Shown: piece after piece, positions 1 to 13,835 of the stretch
Position numbering within the stretch: the first letter of the stretch is position 1
How the letters are laid out: each line of letters begins with the position of its first letter
Source: Octopus sinensis
Lineage: Eukaryota
Assembly: GCF_006345805.1 (NCBI RefSeq)
Contig: NC_043007.1
Span: 37,324,001-37,388,000 of the forward strand
DNA: 64,000 nucleotides
Direction of reading: 5' to 3'
Notes under the pieces: generated by a model
Database searches by the model: none
Told to the model about the DNA's origin: nothing
The model's input: the letters and a program-made list of their open reading frames with translations, nothing else
Program-made: the position numbers and the translations under genes

Positions 1-814
1 TTCAATTCACACTCGGCTTGAAAAATGCTACATTTTTTTAATAAAAAAAAAAATGAATGTTCATAGCTATGTTTTTGATCAGAATCCTACTGGATCAGGA
101 CTACCCTGGGGCTAACCAACAACAAAAAGAAAGGCTTTAGGAAAGTAATTTCATCAACAATTTCTCCTGGTGTGATAAAAGTAGTTTAGTATGAAGCCAA
201 ACTGTCAACCCAACTTGCCAAAAATCCATCTAGCTACCTATTTAGTAAGCCTTCTACTATTTGTAACCATTCAATTTATATTATAAAGACAGGCTTTTCT
301 CTTTAGGGCTAGAAAACGCATTATTCCCTGACAGCTACTAGCACTCTAAGAATCTTTACTAGACTGCATCCAAAGAAAGGCTACTTAACTGATTGGCATA
401 GTGTCTTACACTTCTGGCTCAAGAAAAGTGCTGCCTCTTCTGCTTGGAGCTGGCTGATTTTTGTATGACTACCACTCGGGTACTCTAAACTGGGTTATCT
501 TTCTTCCTTGTGTGTCCATTCCTCAGGGCCTGGCACTAACAGCTATGGCCAATCCTTCCTCTCTTGTGGATATCACCCATCTGGAACTCCCATCCTGGAC
601 ACTTGTTTCTCTTTCAGTTGTTAACTTACAATTATTTAAGAGGGATGTTAAATTAGGTTGAAGTCATCAGGCCCATAGAGCCTTTGAAAGTCATAGGCAC
701 TACATCCTTCCTAATCCATTCCAGCATGGAAAACAGCTGATGATAGATACATGTATGTATGTGTGTGTGTGTGTGTGTGTGTATATTATATATATATATA
801 TATATATCACAAAT

Positions 815-1191
815 GGAGGTGCAATGGCCCAGTGGTTAGGGCAGCGGACTCGCAGTCGTAGGATCGCGGTTTCGATTCCCAGACCGGGCGTTGTGAGTGT
901 TTATTGAGCGAAAACACCTAAAGCTCCACGAGGCTCCGGCAGGGATGGTGGTGATCCCTGCTGTACTCTTTCACCACAACTTTCTCTCATTCTTACTTCC
1001 TGTTTCTGTTGTACCTGTATTTCAAAGGGCCGGCCTTGTCACTCTCTGTGTCACGCTGAATATCCCCGAGAACTACGTTAAGGGTACACGTGTCTGTGGA
1101 GTGCTCAGCCACGTACACGTTAATTTCACAAGCAGGCTGTTCCGTTGATCGGATCAACCAGAACCCTCGTCGTCGTAACCGACGGAGTGCT
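815..1191 (+). mobile_element. tRNA-derived SINE (Arg-like head), middle M1 + tail T1
   Basis: A-box TGGCCCAGTGG and B-box-like GGTTTCGATTCC, with TCG in the anticodon position. A near-identical inverted copy lies at 31815-32193. Confidence 0.85.
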
Positions 1192-2601
1192 TCCCCTCCT
1201 CTATATCACTAACTTGGTTGTGGTAATGATGATGATAATTTGGTTAACTCTTCATTGTAAACCACCTGAAACTACATCCGATTCTGTGACATAAAAATTG
1301 CATGTTTAGTATTCATATTTTGATTAAAACCCTCCATCATAGCTTCTTCTAAGAAACTTTCTATGTTCCTAACATAATGTCCTTTGTTTTTGTTTATTAT
1401 TATTATTGTTGTTGTTGTTGTTTAAAGACTTCTCAGTGTAATTTGTGGGTGATTTGGCTGCTTTTCTTCTAACAGCTCGCAGTAAAGCTATTGTGGCTGC
1501 TGTTAAAGTTGAAGATTAAGAACTGTCCTTAATCTTATTTGACTGTGTTCTAAAACATAAAAGATCTTTTATTACTAAACATCCCTTGTCAATAATGATA
1601 ATAATAAATAATAATAGTACTAATAATGAGCTTAACGTTAACTCTCCACACACACACACATACACACACTCTGCTGCACATTGACACTGAAGCTGTGTGT
1701 GTGTGTGTGTGTGTGTGCGTGGTTTATTGTATTCATAGCCTCAGTCGTAATAATAATAATACTTTTATTTTTATCCATGTAGTTACTTAAGCAGCTTGGC
1801 TTTTGTAATTTTTTTGACAATATTTTAGTAATCCTCTATCCCTTGTAGTTTCAGGGCATTTTGTGTATGTTTGTGAACATGTGTGTCTGTCTGTACCAGA
1901 GAGAGAGAGTGAGAGAGAGAAAACAGTCAGAGGTAAACTTAAGCAGACTCTTGTAGTCACCAAAAGTCTGTTGCCTGTCGATGGGTTAGGATGTTGTTGG
2001 AGTTCTGCTCCTGTATTGAGAGGCCTCCTGTTAGGCTTGAGCATCAGGTCCGGTTGGTCAGCTTCCACCATGAAAGGTAGGTTAAACTGTGCTGCTGTTG
2101 TTATGTTGTCAAGTACATACTTCTGCTGACTACAAGTTGTTACTCTGTTAATAGTACACCTACTGTTATTTTCAGAACAGTAGCTGAATTTTTCTTTCTA
2201 TGCATTGCTTGTGTATTGTTTCAGCGTGAGTGTATATTTAGTGTTCTGTGTATTTGTGTATATAAGACATTTAGCCACAAGGACTTACGAGAATTTCTTA
2301 CTGTCATATATATACACGTGTTAAGCAAAGAATATTGGTCTAGTTGACACTTGGTTCCGTTGTTTTTTTTTTCTGTTTGTTGATTTTATGTGCATTGCAT
2401 GCAAATTGATGCCTGGTTAATTGTGGGGGCATTGCAACAAGCATAGAGGCTGTTTACATGAGCCCAGGTGAAGCTAACAACAGGTGCAGATCTTAGTGGT
2501 AGTAGTAACTATTTTGGCTGTAGGGAAGGATAGGAAATTTGTTTTTTTCTGTTATGTAGACAATAAAAGATGTAATATTCAATGTGTTTTTCTGTACTTA
2601 T

Positions 2602-2645
<44 letters not shown>

Positions 2646-3693
2646 ATGCTTGTGTATGTATGTATATTTATGTATAACCGATATATACAACTGATGCTTT
2701 TATATAATCAAGATGGTTCAGGGGCTGTTGTGTTAATTATGGTAATATGAAAAGAATCATAGCAGCTGTGTTTCACAGCTGAGTGCATCTGACAGCTTGG
2801 CTCAACTCTAAAATAGGAAAGGGAGAGAGAATGAGTGAACTAGGCACCCACCTGTGTTCTATTTCTTTGTGCTAAAAAGTAGAGAGAAATTGAATTTGAA
2901 CCTTGGAAACTTTGGACCACTACTAACTAGTCCAAGATTTTAACCATTCATTCAATATTGTTTCTTGAAGACATTAGGTCTTGTTCCATACTATTAATAG
3001 TTGTTAATGTGTAGGCCCCATTAAGCTTTGAATGAGTACCGATGACCAAAGGTATTCCCCATTATGACCACCCCCATTTCTTTCCAGGCACTATGATTAC
3101 ATTATCAGCTGTTTTTTTTTTATATTTTAAGATGATATGGTATACTATGAAGCAGATTTGAGCTGCCATTTCTAGCAGACTGAGTGGCTGTATAGGGACT
3201 TCCCCACCATCTTTTTTTTTTTACGAAGTCTGTGTAAAGCCAACCCTAGAGAAATAAGATAAAAGCTCCCTACTGCATACACACATACCTCACTCTTTTT
3301 ATTCCTTATGATTTCAAGTGTTAATGTTTAATTGAGAGTGAGTCCAGTTTTTATCGATAATGGGATACAATCAAATCTCATGTATTACTGGTATTTACTT
3401 GAGACAAAGGTAAAAATGACTGAAGCAAGGTTTGAACTATTAAAAAGTAGAAGGAAGAAGAAAAATAAAAAAATTACTGTTTCTTGTATACCCTAGGAGT
3501 TTGACTTTTCTTCACTAACTTAATAATTCTTTCAAATTTTGGTTGGTCAGCAATTTTAGTGGGTGGTGGCAGTTGATTATATTGACCTCAGTATTTCATT
3601 GGTACTTTATTTTGTTGACCCTGAAATGGTTGACCTCAGCAGTAAGCTAAGAATGTAAAGAGGTGGGGAAAAATGCTGGTAAGCATTTTGTCT

Positions 3694-4087
3694 GATGCAC
3701 TGTAAAAGGGGTAGACACAGAAAGACATGGAACAAAGTGGTGAGAAATGATCTTCGAATGTTGAGCCTCGCGGAGGAGATGACAAGGGACCTTGATCTGT
3801 GGCAGTTTGCTGTATTGGAGAAGATCAGTCTCCCTTTCTCAGCTGGAGGGTCTTTGTCTTACATGCTACTTGGTGACCCTGCTGTTGCCACATAAAAAAA
3901 AGCACCTGTGCTGGTGCCACAAAAAAAGTATTCTGTAAAGTGGTTGGCATAAGGAAGAGCATATAACCATAGGAACCACGCCAGAACAGACAAATGGAGC
4001 CTGATGTATTTCTCTGGCTTGCCAGCTTCTTTAAAACTGTCCAACCCATGCCAGTTTGGAAAATGAAAATTGAGTGATGATGATGCA
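3694..4087 (+). mobile_element. 5'-truncated RTE-clade LINE: RT C-terminus plus 3' UTR ending in (GAT)n
   Basis: RGRHRKTWNKVVRNDLRMLSLAEEMTRDLDLWQFAVLEK, followed by the GGTTGGCATAAGGAAGAGC tail motif and GATGATGAT. Confidence 0.8.
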
Positions 4088-5796
4088 CTAATAATCCTGT
4101 CAGCTTGGTTAATAATAATAGTCAAACATCTGTTTTTCCATGTTAGCTTGGCTTTAATAGGAAGATATTTGTTGCTATGGTTCAGTGCAGATCATAAACT
4201 TTCACACACATTTCTTGCAGCCTCTGTCTATTCAAGATATTGGTCACCTCATGGCCATGGTAACAGATAACCACTTAGTGCCAGACAGTGGGACTGAACC
4301 TGTGGTTGGAAAGTGAACCCTACACCTACAATGTTATACATGTAATTTATGCACATACATGGGCACATTATGGCCAAACAATTAAAACCATGCTAAAACA
4401 TACAGTGGAGCTTGTTGCAGTCCTCCGGCTTGCTAGCTCCTGTCAAACTGACGCCAGTATGGGAGACAGACATTAAATGATGGTGATGGTCAATTAAGAA
4501 GTTACCCTGTAACCATGAAGCCCCAGACATGATCTTACTGCACAGCAATGTGGTTAACAATAATTTCTTTTGTTTGTCACAGAGACATCAGATAAGATGA
4601 GCATTACAAATTGTAAATTTTTGTATAGTGGGGTTTACGTAAAATCAGGTGTTTAATATGAGTGGGGGAAGAATTAAGATGGAAAGTATACAGTGTACAA
4701 AATATGTGAATAAATGGATGATGCAGTTCTCCAACCAGATCCATTCAAGGAACTCCACAGATCCAAAATCATCTTTGAATACCAAAGGCATGAGCATTCA
4801 CCCAACTGTTGTTCTCTAATTCAAAGATGCACGTTCAGAGTAGTTCCATTCACCCTATTTTTGCCATAGTCACCTACTTCTTGATAATTTCACTGGAAGA
4901 GAGCACCTCTCTCTATCCTCACTTGAAAATGTTGAATAATTATAATTTCAAGTTTTGGCACAAGACCAGCAATTTCAAGGTGCTCAATTTATCAACCATG
5001 AAAGGTGAAGCCGACCTTGGGGGAATTTGAACTCAGAATGTAAGGACAGGCAAAATTCCACAAAGCATTTGCCTGATGTGCTGATGATTCATTAATCCTT
5101 TCTACTATAGGCATAAAGCCTGAAATTTTTGGGGTAGTGGCTTGTTGATTACACTGACCCCAGTGCTCAACTAATGCTTATTTCATTGACCCTGAAAGGA
5201 CGACGGGCAAATTCAACCTTGGTAGCATTTGAACTGAGAGTATAAAGACAAGGTAAAATGCTGTTTAGCATTTTGCCAGGCATGCTAACAATTCTGTCAA
5301 CTCTAATCTCCTAATATAATAACGAGCATAGTGTTTATATATATTTGTCTGTGTGTGTATGTATATATATATATATTTGTTCAGAATCACACTGGATATG
5401 GAGGAGGAGAGAAAATAGTAATTCAGTGAAGGAGAAGTAGTGAGAGTAATAGTCCTGACCGAGAGTGAGTGAGAAAAAGTAATAGCAATGAGAGAAAGGA
5501 AGGGGTGAAAATCAGCTTTTCAATTTTGTGAGTATATGTGTGAGTACAAGGGAAGTATGTGAATGTTTGTATGTGATTATTATGCACCTTATTTTTATAT
5601 AAAATACTGCAATTAGCTGTCATTATTGATGGCTCGTGGTCAGCTAATAATGATAATAATAGCAATATAAATGATATATTTGATACAAGGATGTTGAATG
5701 AAAGGCACATTACGAAGACAGGTTACAAAGTGTGTGGAAGTCTATGTGAAACTGGGTGAAAAGGGAGAGGTGAAAGGAAAAGTATACTTACTACCT

Positions 5797-6097
5797 AGTT
5801 TGTTCCTTCTCCAGCCCTGCCTGGCTCATAAGGGCTGGTTTCCCAGTTTCTTGGCGTATAGGTTCCCCACCTTATGGGACGCCGGTCCATCGCAGGTGAG
5901 CTGCAAGATGCAGGAGAAAAGAGTGAGAGAAAGTTGTGGCGAAAGAGTCAGCAGAAGTTCACCATTACCTTCTGCCGGAGCCGTGTGGAGCTTAGGTGTT
6001 TTCGCTCATAAACACACACATCGCCCAGTCTGAGATTCGAGCCGGCGATCCCTCGATCGCATGTCCGCTGCTCTAAACACTAGGCCATGTGCCTTCA
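5797..6097 (-). mobile_element. tRNA-derived SINE, middle M1 + tail T2
   Basis: Minus-strand head TGGCCTAGTGTTTAGAGCAGCGGAC. Shares its middle with 815-1191; the tail CCTGCGATGGACCGGCGTCCC is shared with 32341-32592. Confidence 0.8.
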
Positions 6098-8151
6098 CTA
6101 CCTAATAAGTGTATGTGTGTGTATGTATATCCATGGGTACTTAAATTGACATTATCAGAATGAAAGGTGTAGTTGAGGACCCAACAGGATTTGAAGTGAG
6201 GAATTTGAGATGTACAACACTGCAAGCTGTTTTGCTTGATGCTCTACCGATTTTTATTATACACTGCTGACTTAATACTTATTATTCTGATGATTACTTA
6301 AAATAATACATGGTGACAAGATTTACATGGGAGGGGTATAGTTGATTTAATCTAATGTAGTCAATGATTGATACTTGTTTGTTGTAGTTTGAGCTTTTCT
6401 TGTCTTTTATGTGGTGTCTCTGAAAAATTTGTTATATTTTTGTTGTCCTTGTGACTAAATAAGATTATTATTAAAAAGTTTGCTTGTCAACCACATGGCT
6501 TCAAGTTCAGTCCTCTTGCATGGCACCTTGGGCAAGTGTCTTCTTTTGTGCCCTGGGCTGACGAGATCCTTGTGAGTGAATGTAGTAAACTGAAACTGAA
6601 AGTAGCTTGTTGTGTGTGTGGATGTTTGTGTCTCCTTGTCTTGACATTGTGTGATAATTTTAAATGCATATCACTGTTGTACAAGCAGTGTCATTCGTTT
6701 CCAATATTCTGTGAAAAAATGTCTGGCTATATGGAAATATTTCCTTCTTTGGAAACGGGTATGGGTTGACAACATGAAATGCACTGACCATAGAAAATCT
6801 GCCCCAATAATAAATTTAAAAAAACAAAAAACCCATCTCACAAGGAAAATGGTGACAATGGTGGATATTTTAAAATCAGCAGAACAACATTCTGAGTTGG
6901 AATCCTGTCCTTGCCAACTTTGGGGTCGATAAAATAAAGACCAATGAAATAATAGAAATTGATGTGGCTCTTCCTTCTCTTCACATTTCAGACTGTCAGT
7001 GTAAAATTATGAAGTGTGCAATTAGTATCATATAAAAGTTGATGCTGTTTAGCCCCACCTCAACCTTCATCCAGGTGACTGACCTAGGCTCAGAGGTATT
7101 TCAGCTATGACCTCCTCCACCATTTTTATTTTTCTGTATTTAGGACTGTTACGCAATGCCTCTTTTTTTTTTCTTTTTTAAATATGGTATAATTTGAGGG
7201 TGGTTTGGTTGTTACTTTTAGCCAGTTGAATGACTATACTGAGTCTCTGTCATTAGCTCATATTACATAGCTGCTATATCTTGGTACCGTATCTGTCTAG
7301 CAACTTGAGTTTTAGCGATAGTTCATCAATAATCTTACTCTTTTTACTCTTTTACTTGTTTCAGTCATTTGACTGCGGTCATGCTGGAGCACCACCTTTA
7401 AATCTTGTATGTAATAATATATAGACATATACTGTATATGTATATAATACCCGTTTATTCAGTATCATCAGTGTGTCTGTCCATACAGTAGCTGTTGTCA
7501 GAAAAAAGTGTTCACAGCTATTTACGGGTTCTGTTCAGCAGCTACGGGGTGTGAAGCCATTTGCCAGTTTGGTCTGGCAGCCATGATGTGGAAAGTGTTA
7601 ATTTCATTGTTAGCTAAACTTTGTAGCCAGGAAAGTCAGCAAAACTACTTCTACTACTACTAGTAGTAGTAGTAATACTCAGCTGCCACATCTGTCTCAT
7701 TTGTGGTTTTGAGGAAAAAGATTACTAGCATTTAGGTATTATTAATATTTATGATTAGTAAGTCTTATTTTTGGTTTAAGATGGAATTTTTTTTTTCCTC
7801 TTTACATGGGCCTGATTATGATTCGTTAAAGGAAAACATTATTTCCAGGATGGTAGTGGAAGCCAATCCAACAATGTTAACAGGTGACATCATAAATTGA
7901 CTCATGGAGGTAGGGCAGGGTACAGAGTCGTTTAATTCAATCCCCTGCCCTGCCCCTTACTCTCTGACTTTAGACTCTGACTTGCAGAATCATAAAGTGA
8001 ACTCTGGCAACAGCGATGTGCTTACATGTTGCTCAACCAGCTTGAAATAGTACCTAGATTTCCCCCAGACTACATCATACTGCCATAACCCTTTCGTTAC
8101 TGTATTTATTTTGAGATGCTCTGTGTTTCTTTCAATTAATTTAAATATAAA

Positions 8152-8326
8152 GGCGCAGGAGTGGCTGTGTGGTAAGTAGCTTGCTAACCAACCACATGGT
8201 TCCGGGTTCAGTCCCACTGCGTGGCATCTTGGGCAAGTGTCTTCTACTATAGCCTCGGGCCGACCAAAGCCTTGTGAGTGGATTTGGTAGGCTGAAACTG
8301 AAAGAAGCTCGTCGTATGTATGTATG

Positions 8327-8367
<41 letters not shown>

Positions 8368-8575
8368 ATGTTTGTGTGTCTGTGTTTGTCCCCCCAGCAT
8401 TGCTTGACAACCGATGCTGGTGTGTTTACGTCGCCATCACTTAGCGGTTCGGCAAAAGAGACCGATAGAATAAGTACTGGGCTTACAAAGAATAAGTCCC
8501 GGGGTCGAGTTGCTCGACTAAAAGGCGGTGCTCCAGCATGGCCACAGTCAAATGACTGAAACAAGTAAATGAGTA
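8152..8575 (+). mobile_element. Full-length ~420-bp tRNA-derived SINE with internal (TA)n(GT)n; the dominant family in the window
   Basis: Head GGCGCAGGAGTGGCTGTGTGGTAAG...GGTTCAGTCCC, then CTTGGGCAAGTG, then tail CCAGCATGGCCACAGTCAAATGACTGAAAC. Other copies: 14960-15228(-), 17365-17722(-), 29242-29610(-), 30935-31195(-), 56481-56886(+), 62922-63320(-), plus many partial copies. Confidence 0.9.
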
Positions 8576-11500
8576 ATAACAAAAGAATTTAGTAAAATAA
8601 CTTAGTTCTCATTCAGCTAGTATTAGGAACATAAATTGTGACTAAGGTTTGGTGGAAGATTTTAATTCAACACTTATGAAAACAAGACATTTGTACTACA
8701 GAGACAGAGCCGGTTTCAGCCGGGTTGGTATCGAAAGGGTTAAGAAAAAGGAATATTGGATTGCATCATCATTATTATCATTATCGTTGTTTAAATGTCC
8801 ATTTTTCCATGTTTGCATAGCTTGGACAGAATTTGTTGAAGCAGATTTTCTACTACTGGATGCTCTTCCTGTTACCAAACATCATCTGTTTCCACATAAG
8901 GTCATATTTACCCATGACCAGACATGTTTTGGAAAAGGGACACCTGATGTTAAGACAAGGAGACTAAAATGTACACATGTGCACACACATATATAACGGG
9001 TTTTTGGTTTCTGCCTTTCAAATCCATTCATAAGGTTTTGATTGGCTCAGTTATAATAGAAGACACTTGCCCAAGGTGCCACACAGTAGGACTGAACTGG
9101 AGATCATGTGATTGGGAAGCAAGCTTCTTATCTAGATGATCTATAGATCTGAAATAGTTGGAAGGGACCACACAACAGTATAGCATGACATGAATTTGGA
9201 ATGAGTCTCCTTCTGCATGTTGCTAGGAGGCTTGTCTATGCAGGACTGGAGTGTCTGCCCAGTGCCAGGATGTCTGTGTATGACTGTTTGGTGATTGGAT
9301 ATCTGCATTAATGGCCACTATTGTGCTGTGTCACTGTGAAGCTTTTTTTTTTTTTTCTTTAAGACCCCACTGTCAACTCACAAATATCACTTTTGTTTTT
9401 AAATCTAAACACTCCTTTTATGTTTTGGTTAAATGCCATAACTATACTTCCTTAACAATGTAACCAGCCATCATTTACTTCAGTAGCTTTTGTCTGTCTG
9501 TGCTGAACATGTACTCATGCATGCACATGTGATCTTGTGTGTGTATGTGTCTTTGTTTAAAATAATTGTTTTTTTTTTTTTTTTGTGGTGGGGTGGTTTC
9601 TTCCAAGCTTTGCTTTGAAATAGTATTTACTGCATTTTGCTAGTCATATATGCCAATTACTACACACTCTCACTATTGTTATTGAATTAGTCACTGCTGT
9701 AATCCATTCTCTTCCCCCTCTTCTCTTCCTCTCACTAATTTCTGTGCACTGCTACCAATCATTTTTCCATTCGACATCAGACCAGCCAAAAAAAAAAAAA
9801 AAAATTAGGTGCCACTATTTTGGTTTTGTTTTGTTTTCTTACTGGGTAGCATATTTATCTGTTCTTCTCTGTCAGAAACTAGTGAAGTTTGGAGGTTTAA
9901 ATTTTCTTTCGTTTCAGTGGTTAACTAGTATAGATAATTCCGTTTTTTAAAAATTATTTTTGTTACTTATGTATTAAGTTTACAGTGCATTCAGTGTCAT
10001 TTATCGGGCAAGCTAACAAATGAAGTCCAATTTGAAAACAAAATTCAGTAACGATGTGTTCACACAGTTACATAACAATTCCAATTTGTTTGAGATATTA
10101 AGTATAATTAATACTTGACAGTACTAAATGTGAAAGTGCGTGGCCGAGTGGTTAGGATGACAGGCTTATTATAAAGTCATGAGTTCAATTCCTGGTCCAA
10201 ACAGCACATTGTGTCCCTTAGCAAGGAACAATATTTCACTTGGTTCCAGTCTCCTCAGCTGACTTCTGGTACTGCCCAGCCCTCTCTTCCATCCAGCATA
10301 TCTTTGATGTTCAACTGGGGCAAAGGGATGGCTATCTACTCACAACTACATAGGCAGCTATGCCAGATCATTCTTGCAAATGAAGGTTAAAATCATTTTT
10401 AAACAAAATATATTGAAATACTGACTACATATGTAGATTAATTTCAGTGTGTTCAGTAATTAAATTCTGAATTATATCTGGTCAAATATAGCTTCCACTT
10501 ACATAACAAGATAGGCAGAGTCGTATATTGAACAACGGTGTTTCCTTTTACACTTAATATTACTTTACAATATCTCCTGTTGGACACCTGTATCTGTACA
10601 CTGGTGCTGTATTTTACTGTTTCATTGTGGGTGGCAAAATGACAGTCATTAGAGTATAAGACAAAATACCTTCCAGTATTGGTCCCAACTCTTGAGTTCA
10701 AATCCTACCAAAATCAACCTTTCCTGCAAATTGTTGCAGCATCTAATGATATCTCTTGTATTTATTTGTTCCAGCTCTTTGAATTGTATTTGCATCGTAG
10801 TCATCATCTGTTGCCTAGTTTTACACCATCATCTGGTCCTTGGATGCTTTTATTAGAGTTCAGTCTAACATTCAGGATAGGTCTCTGGTTTGAGGATAGC
10901 TTCTTCCCTTCTACCTACCAGTCTCAGGGGTCCTGTGGAAGGAAAACAAAAGGGCCAGGGATGTTGCTCTTTCTTTGACTGTGGTAAAAGAAAATAATGG
11001 AAAAAAATCTAAGAAGAGAATGTGTGTGGATGTAATCTTTTCTTTTACATTTCAGTCTAATGAAAATGAGGCAGTGCCCAAAGCCCTTTTTTTTTCTTTT
11101 CAGATAGTCCCTGTCTGGTTTGGATGTGTTATGTAGGTTGGTGGTGTTTAGTAAAGTGTAAACATTGAAGAAATTTTTTTTTTATTCCAGGAAAGAAGTT
11201 TGTTCAAAGGGCTTCATGTGGGGTGGGGTGGCGCTGATAGAGGAGGGCTGGTGAGAGATGGAATTTTGTCTTACTCAGTTTGATGTGTCATAGAAGGCAC
11301 TGTTGTAGCAGCAGTACATTAACTCATTAATTAGCATGTGCACACACACACACACACATATGCAAAGTAAGGGATTCTTCATTCTATTGGTTTCAAAAGT
11401 GCTGGGCTAGTGAGCCATTTGTTGGCAAATGACAGTAAATATCCCCTTTTCTAGCTTAGTATATTTTTGCATGAAGTGCAAAATGTAAAGTATCACAAAG

Positions 11501-12086
11501 CTTGTGCATGTAATCACACACACACTCAGCCGTTCAAGAATTTGGACCTGGAGATCTCCATTTCCAGTGACTTTGAGGGCCACCTCCCAATCGTGTTGGG
11601 CGTCAACGAAGTGCCCTCGACTACAACAAGACAACCAAAGTTTTTTTTCTTTTCCTCCACCAAGGTCTGGGGTCTCCCGCCCCTAAGCCCTAGACCATCA
11701 CCTAATCACCCTTACCTGTCTTGTTGCTTAACAACAACACACACATTTGCATAATGCAATAGGCTTCTGTACAGTTTCTGACTTTTTTTTTTATTTCCAA
11801 GGCATTGGCCAACTTGGGGCTGTAGTAGAAAACACATGACCAAAGTGCTCTCCAGGGAAACTGAACTCGAAATCACTTGGATAAGAAAGAAGCACATGCT
11901 CTGAATGGTATTTATGTATTGATCTTGTTAGTGAGATGTAATTATTAGTGTTACCTTCATTCCTGGTAATACCTACCTACCTACCATGTTGTCTGCAGAT
12001 AAATACCATTAACCTCTTGTCTCTAGAATTCCCTGTCCTACATTGCTTATTGTAGGTAGCTCTTTAGTAAACCTAAGTCTTCTACT

Positions 12087-12372
12087 ATCATCATCATCAT
12101 GGTTTAATGTCCGTTTTCCATGCTAGCATGGGTTGGATGGTTCGACCGGGGTCTGGGAAGCCAGGAGGTTGCACCAGGCTCAAGCCTGCTCTGGTAGTGT
12201 TTCTACAGCTGGACGCCCTTCCTAATGCCAACCACTCAGTGAGTGTAGTGGGTGCTTTTTACATGTCACCGGCACAGGGGCCAGGGGAGGCTGGCAGTGG
12301 CCACGATCGGTTGGTGCTTTTTACGTGCCACCGGCACAGAAGCCAGTCAAGGCGGCACTGGCAATGGCCAAA
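12087..12372 (-). mobile_element. RTE-tail element (short LINE 3' end or SINE with an RTE tail)
   Basis: (ATC)n followed by TCCGTTTTCCATGCTAGCATGGGTTGG...GGACGCCCTTCCTAATGCCAACC, the reverse complement of the tail that follows RT fragments at 3694 and 51840. Confidence 0.85.
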
Positions 12373-12643
12373 AACTATTCTGATAGGATGTCCCTTAGGT
12401 TGTTTCCCTGCGCCTGTTCTTACATTAGCATTTGACTCACTGTTTTCAGTTTTCTTGCTTTTGTGGTAGAGGTATCATTGTTTGTTGTATGAAACTACCA
12501 TTTGATGTTGCTTTCAGAAGTCTTGTGTGTTCTGTCTAGTTTTCTTTCCAGTGCCTTATTTAGAGTTCATGCAGTACAACCATATTAGAGGGATAGAAAT
12601 GCTAGTAATAGCATTTATTAATTCTTCACAAACCTTACTTTAG

Positions 12644-12864
12644 CCCTTTAGCATTTAAACCAGCCATATCTGGCTAAAATATTCTACCTGCTTTTTTATT
12701 CAAACTGATCAGATGCAGTTTCTCATACTTATCACACAAAATCATTCTTAAAATATACAATCATATCATTGAAATCTCAAAGCTATGAGATTATGCATGA
12801 TTAATTCAAAGCAACGTGAATAAATAAGCATTACATTTGATAGAATAACCTGAATGCTAAAGGG
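12644..12864. mobile_element. piggyBac-type MITE (~200-220 bp); further copies at 56202-56395 and 63371-63591
   Basis: Ends CCCTTTAGCATT...AATGCTAAAGGG. The copies at 56202 and 63371 are flanked by TTAA on both sides. Confidence 0.75.
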
Positions 12865-12914
12865 TTGACTGTCATCAGGTTGTCTACATTGGAGTGTGTG
12901 TGCGTGTGTGTATA

Positions 12915-13745
12915 CAGGGTGCGGTGAATTAACTGCTGTTTAAATTGTGCAAAAATGAAAATAACATTGACTTTACATTTTAAGATACATTTACTAAAGT
13001 TGCATAAAAATATTTTGAAATAGTAAAGAGTAAATTTATTCTATAAAATTGCCTTTGGGTTCAACTACGGCTTCCAGATGACTTCAGAATCTCCTGCAAC
13101 TCTTCTGGATGGTCATATGGTTTAAATTGGTGAATGCTGCCATAATCTTTGCTTTCAGTTCATCTTTAGTGTTACAAGGAGTTCTGTTTCTCTCTTGCTC
13201 AACTGCACCCCACACATGATAATATCAAGGGGGTTGCAGTCTGGGGAGTTAGGTGACCAAGTGTTACGGGTGATGTGGTCGCAGAAATTGTTTGACAACC
13301 ACAACTGGGTTCTCCTGCTTGTGTGACATGGTGTGGAGTCTTGTTGCCTGACGGGGTCTTCCAGCAGCCACCCTCTTGACCCAGGGCAGCACTACCTCCT
13401 CAAGGCACTTGATGTAGGGCTCTGTATTGAGCTTGAGGTCGTATGGGAAGATGAATGGTGGCATAATGTCACCATCACTCCAAACATCATGATGAATATT
13501 TGATTTTTACCACTCTCGTACATGTCCTCAGATTGACACCCAAACACTCTGAAATGTTTGTATTGGAACGTCCAAGCAGTACAGCATGTCAGTTCCAAAT
13601 TTCTGGCAGAGTGAGTTGCATCATGGTGCTGTTTTTCTCATAGACTATGCCCAACTGACCCTACTAGACTGTATAGTCAACAAAATCAAAACCAATGTGC
13701 AAAACTGAAAATATAAAATGGCGACGATTTACCTATCACACCTTG
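12915..13745 (-). mobile_element. Internally deleted Tc1/mariner maT-type (DD37D) transposon fossil
   Basis: Minus strand reads QQD-STPCHTSRRTQLWLSNNFCDHITRNTWSPNSPDCNPL-D, with 37 residues between the Asps, followed by a 2-nt frameshift. Left end TA|CAGGGTG; degenerate right TIR near 13715-13745. Confidence 0.85.
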
Positions 13746-13787
13746 CATGATTGTATGTATGTATGTATGTATGTATGTATATGTGTG

Positions 13788-13835
<48 letters not shown>

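Noticed and set aside
815-890. Possible tRNA-Arg gene (also other tRNA-like heads)
   Set aside because: It runs directly into SINE body sequence, lacks a proper acceptor stem and T-run terminator, and recurs as a dispersed repeat.
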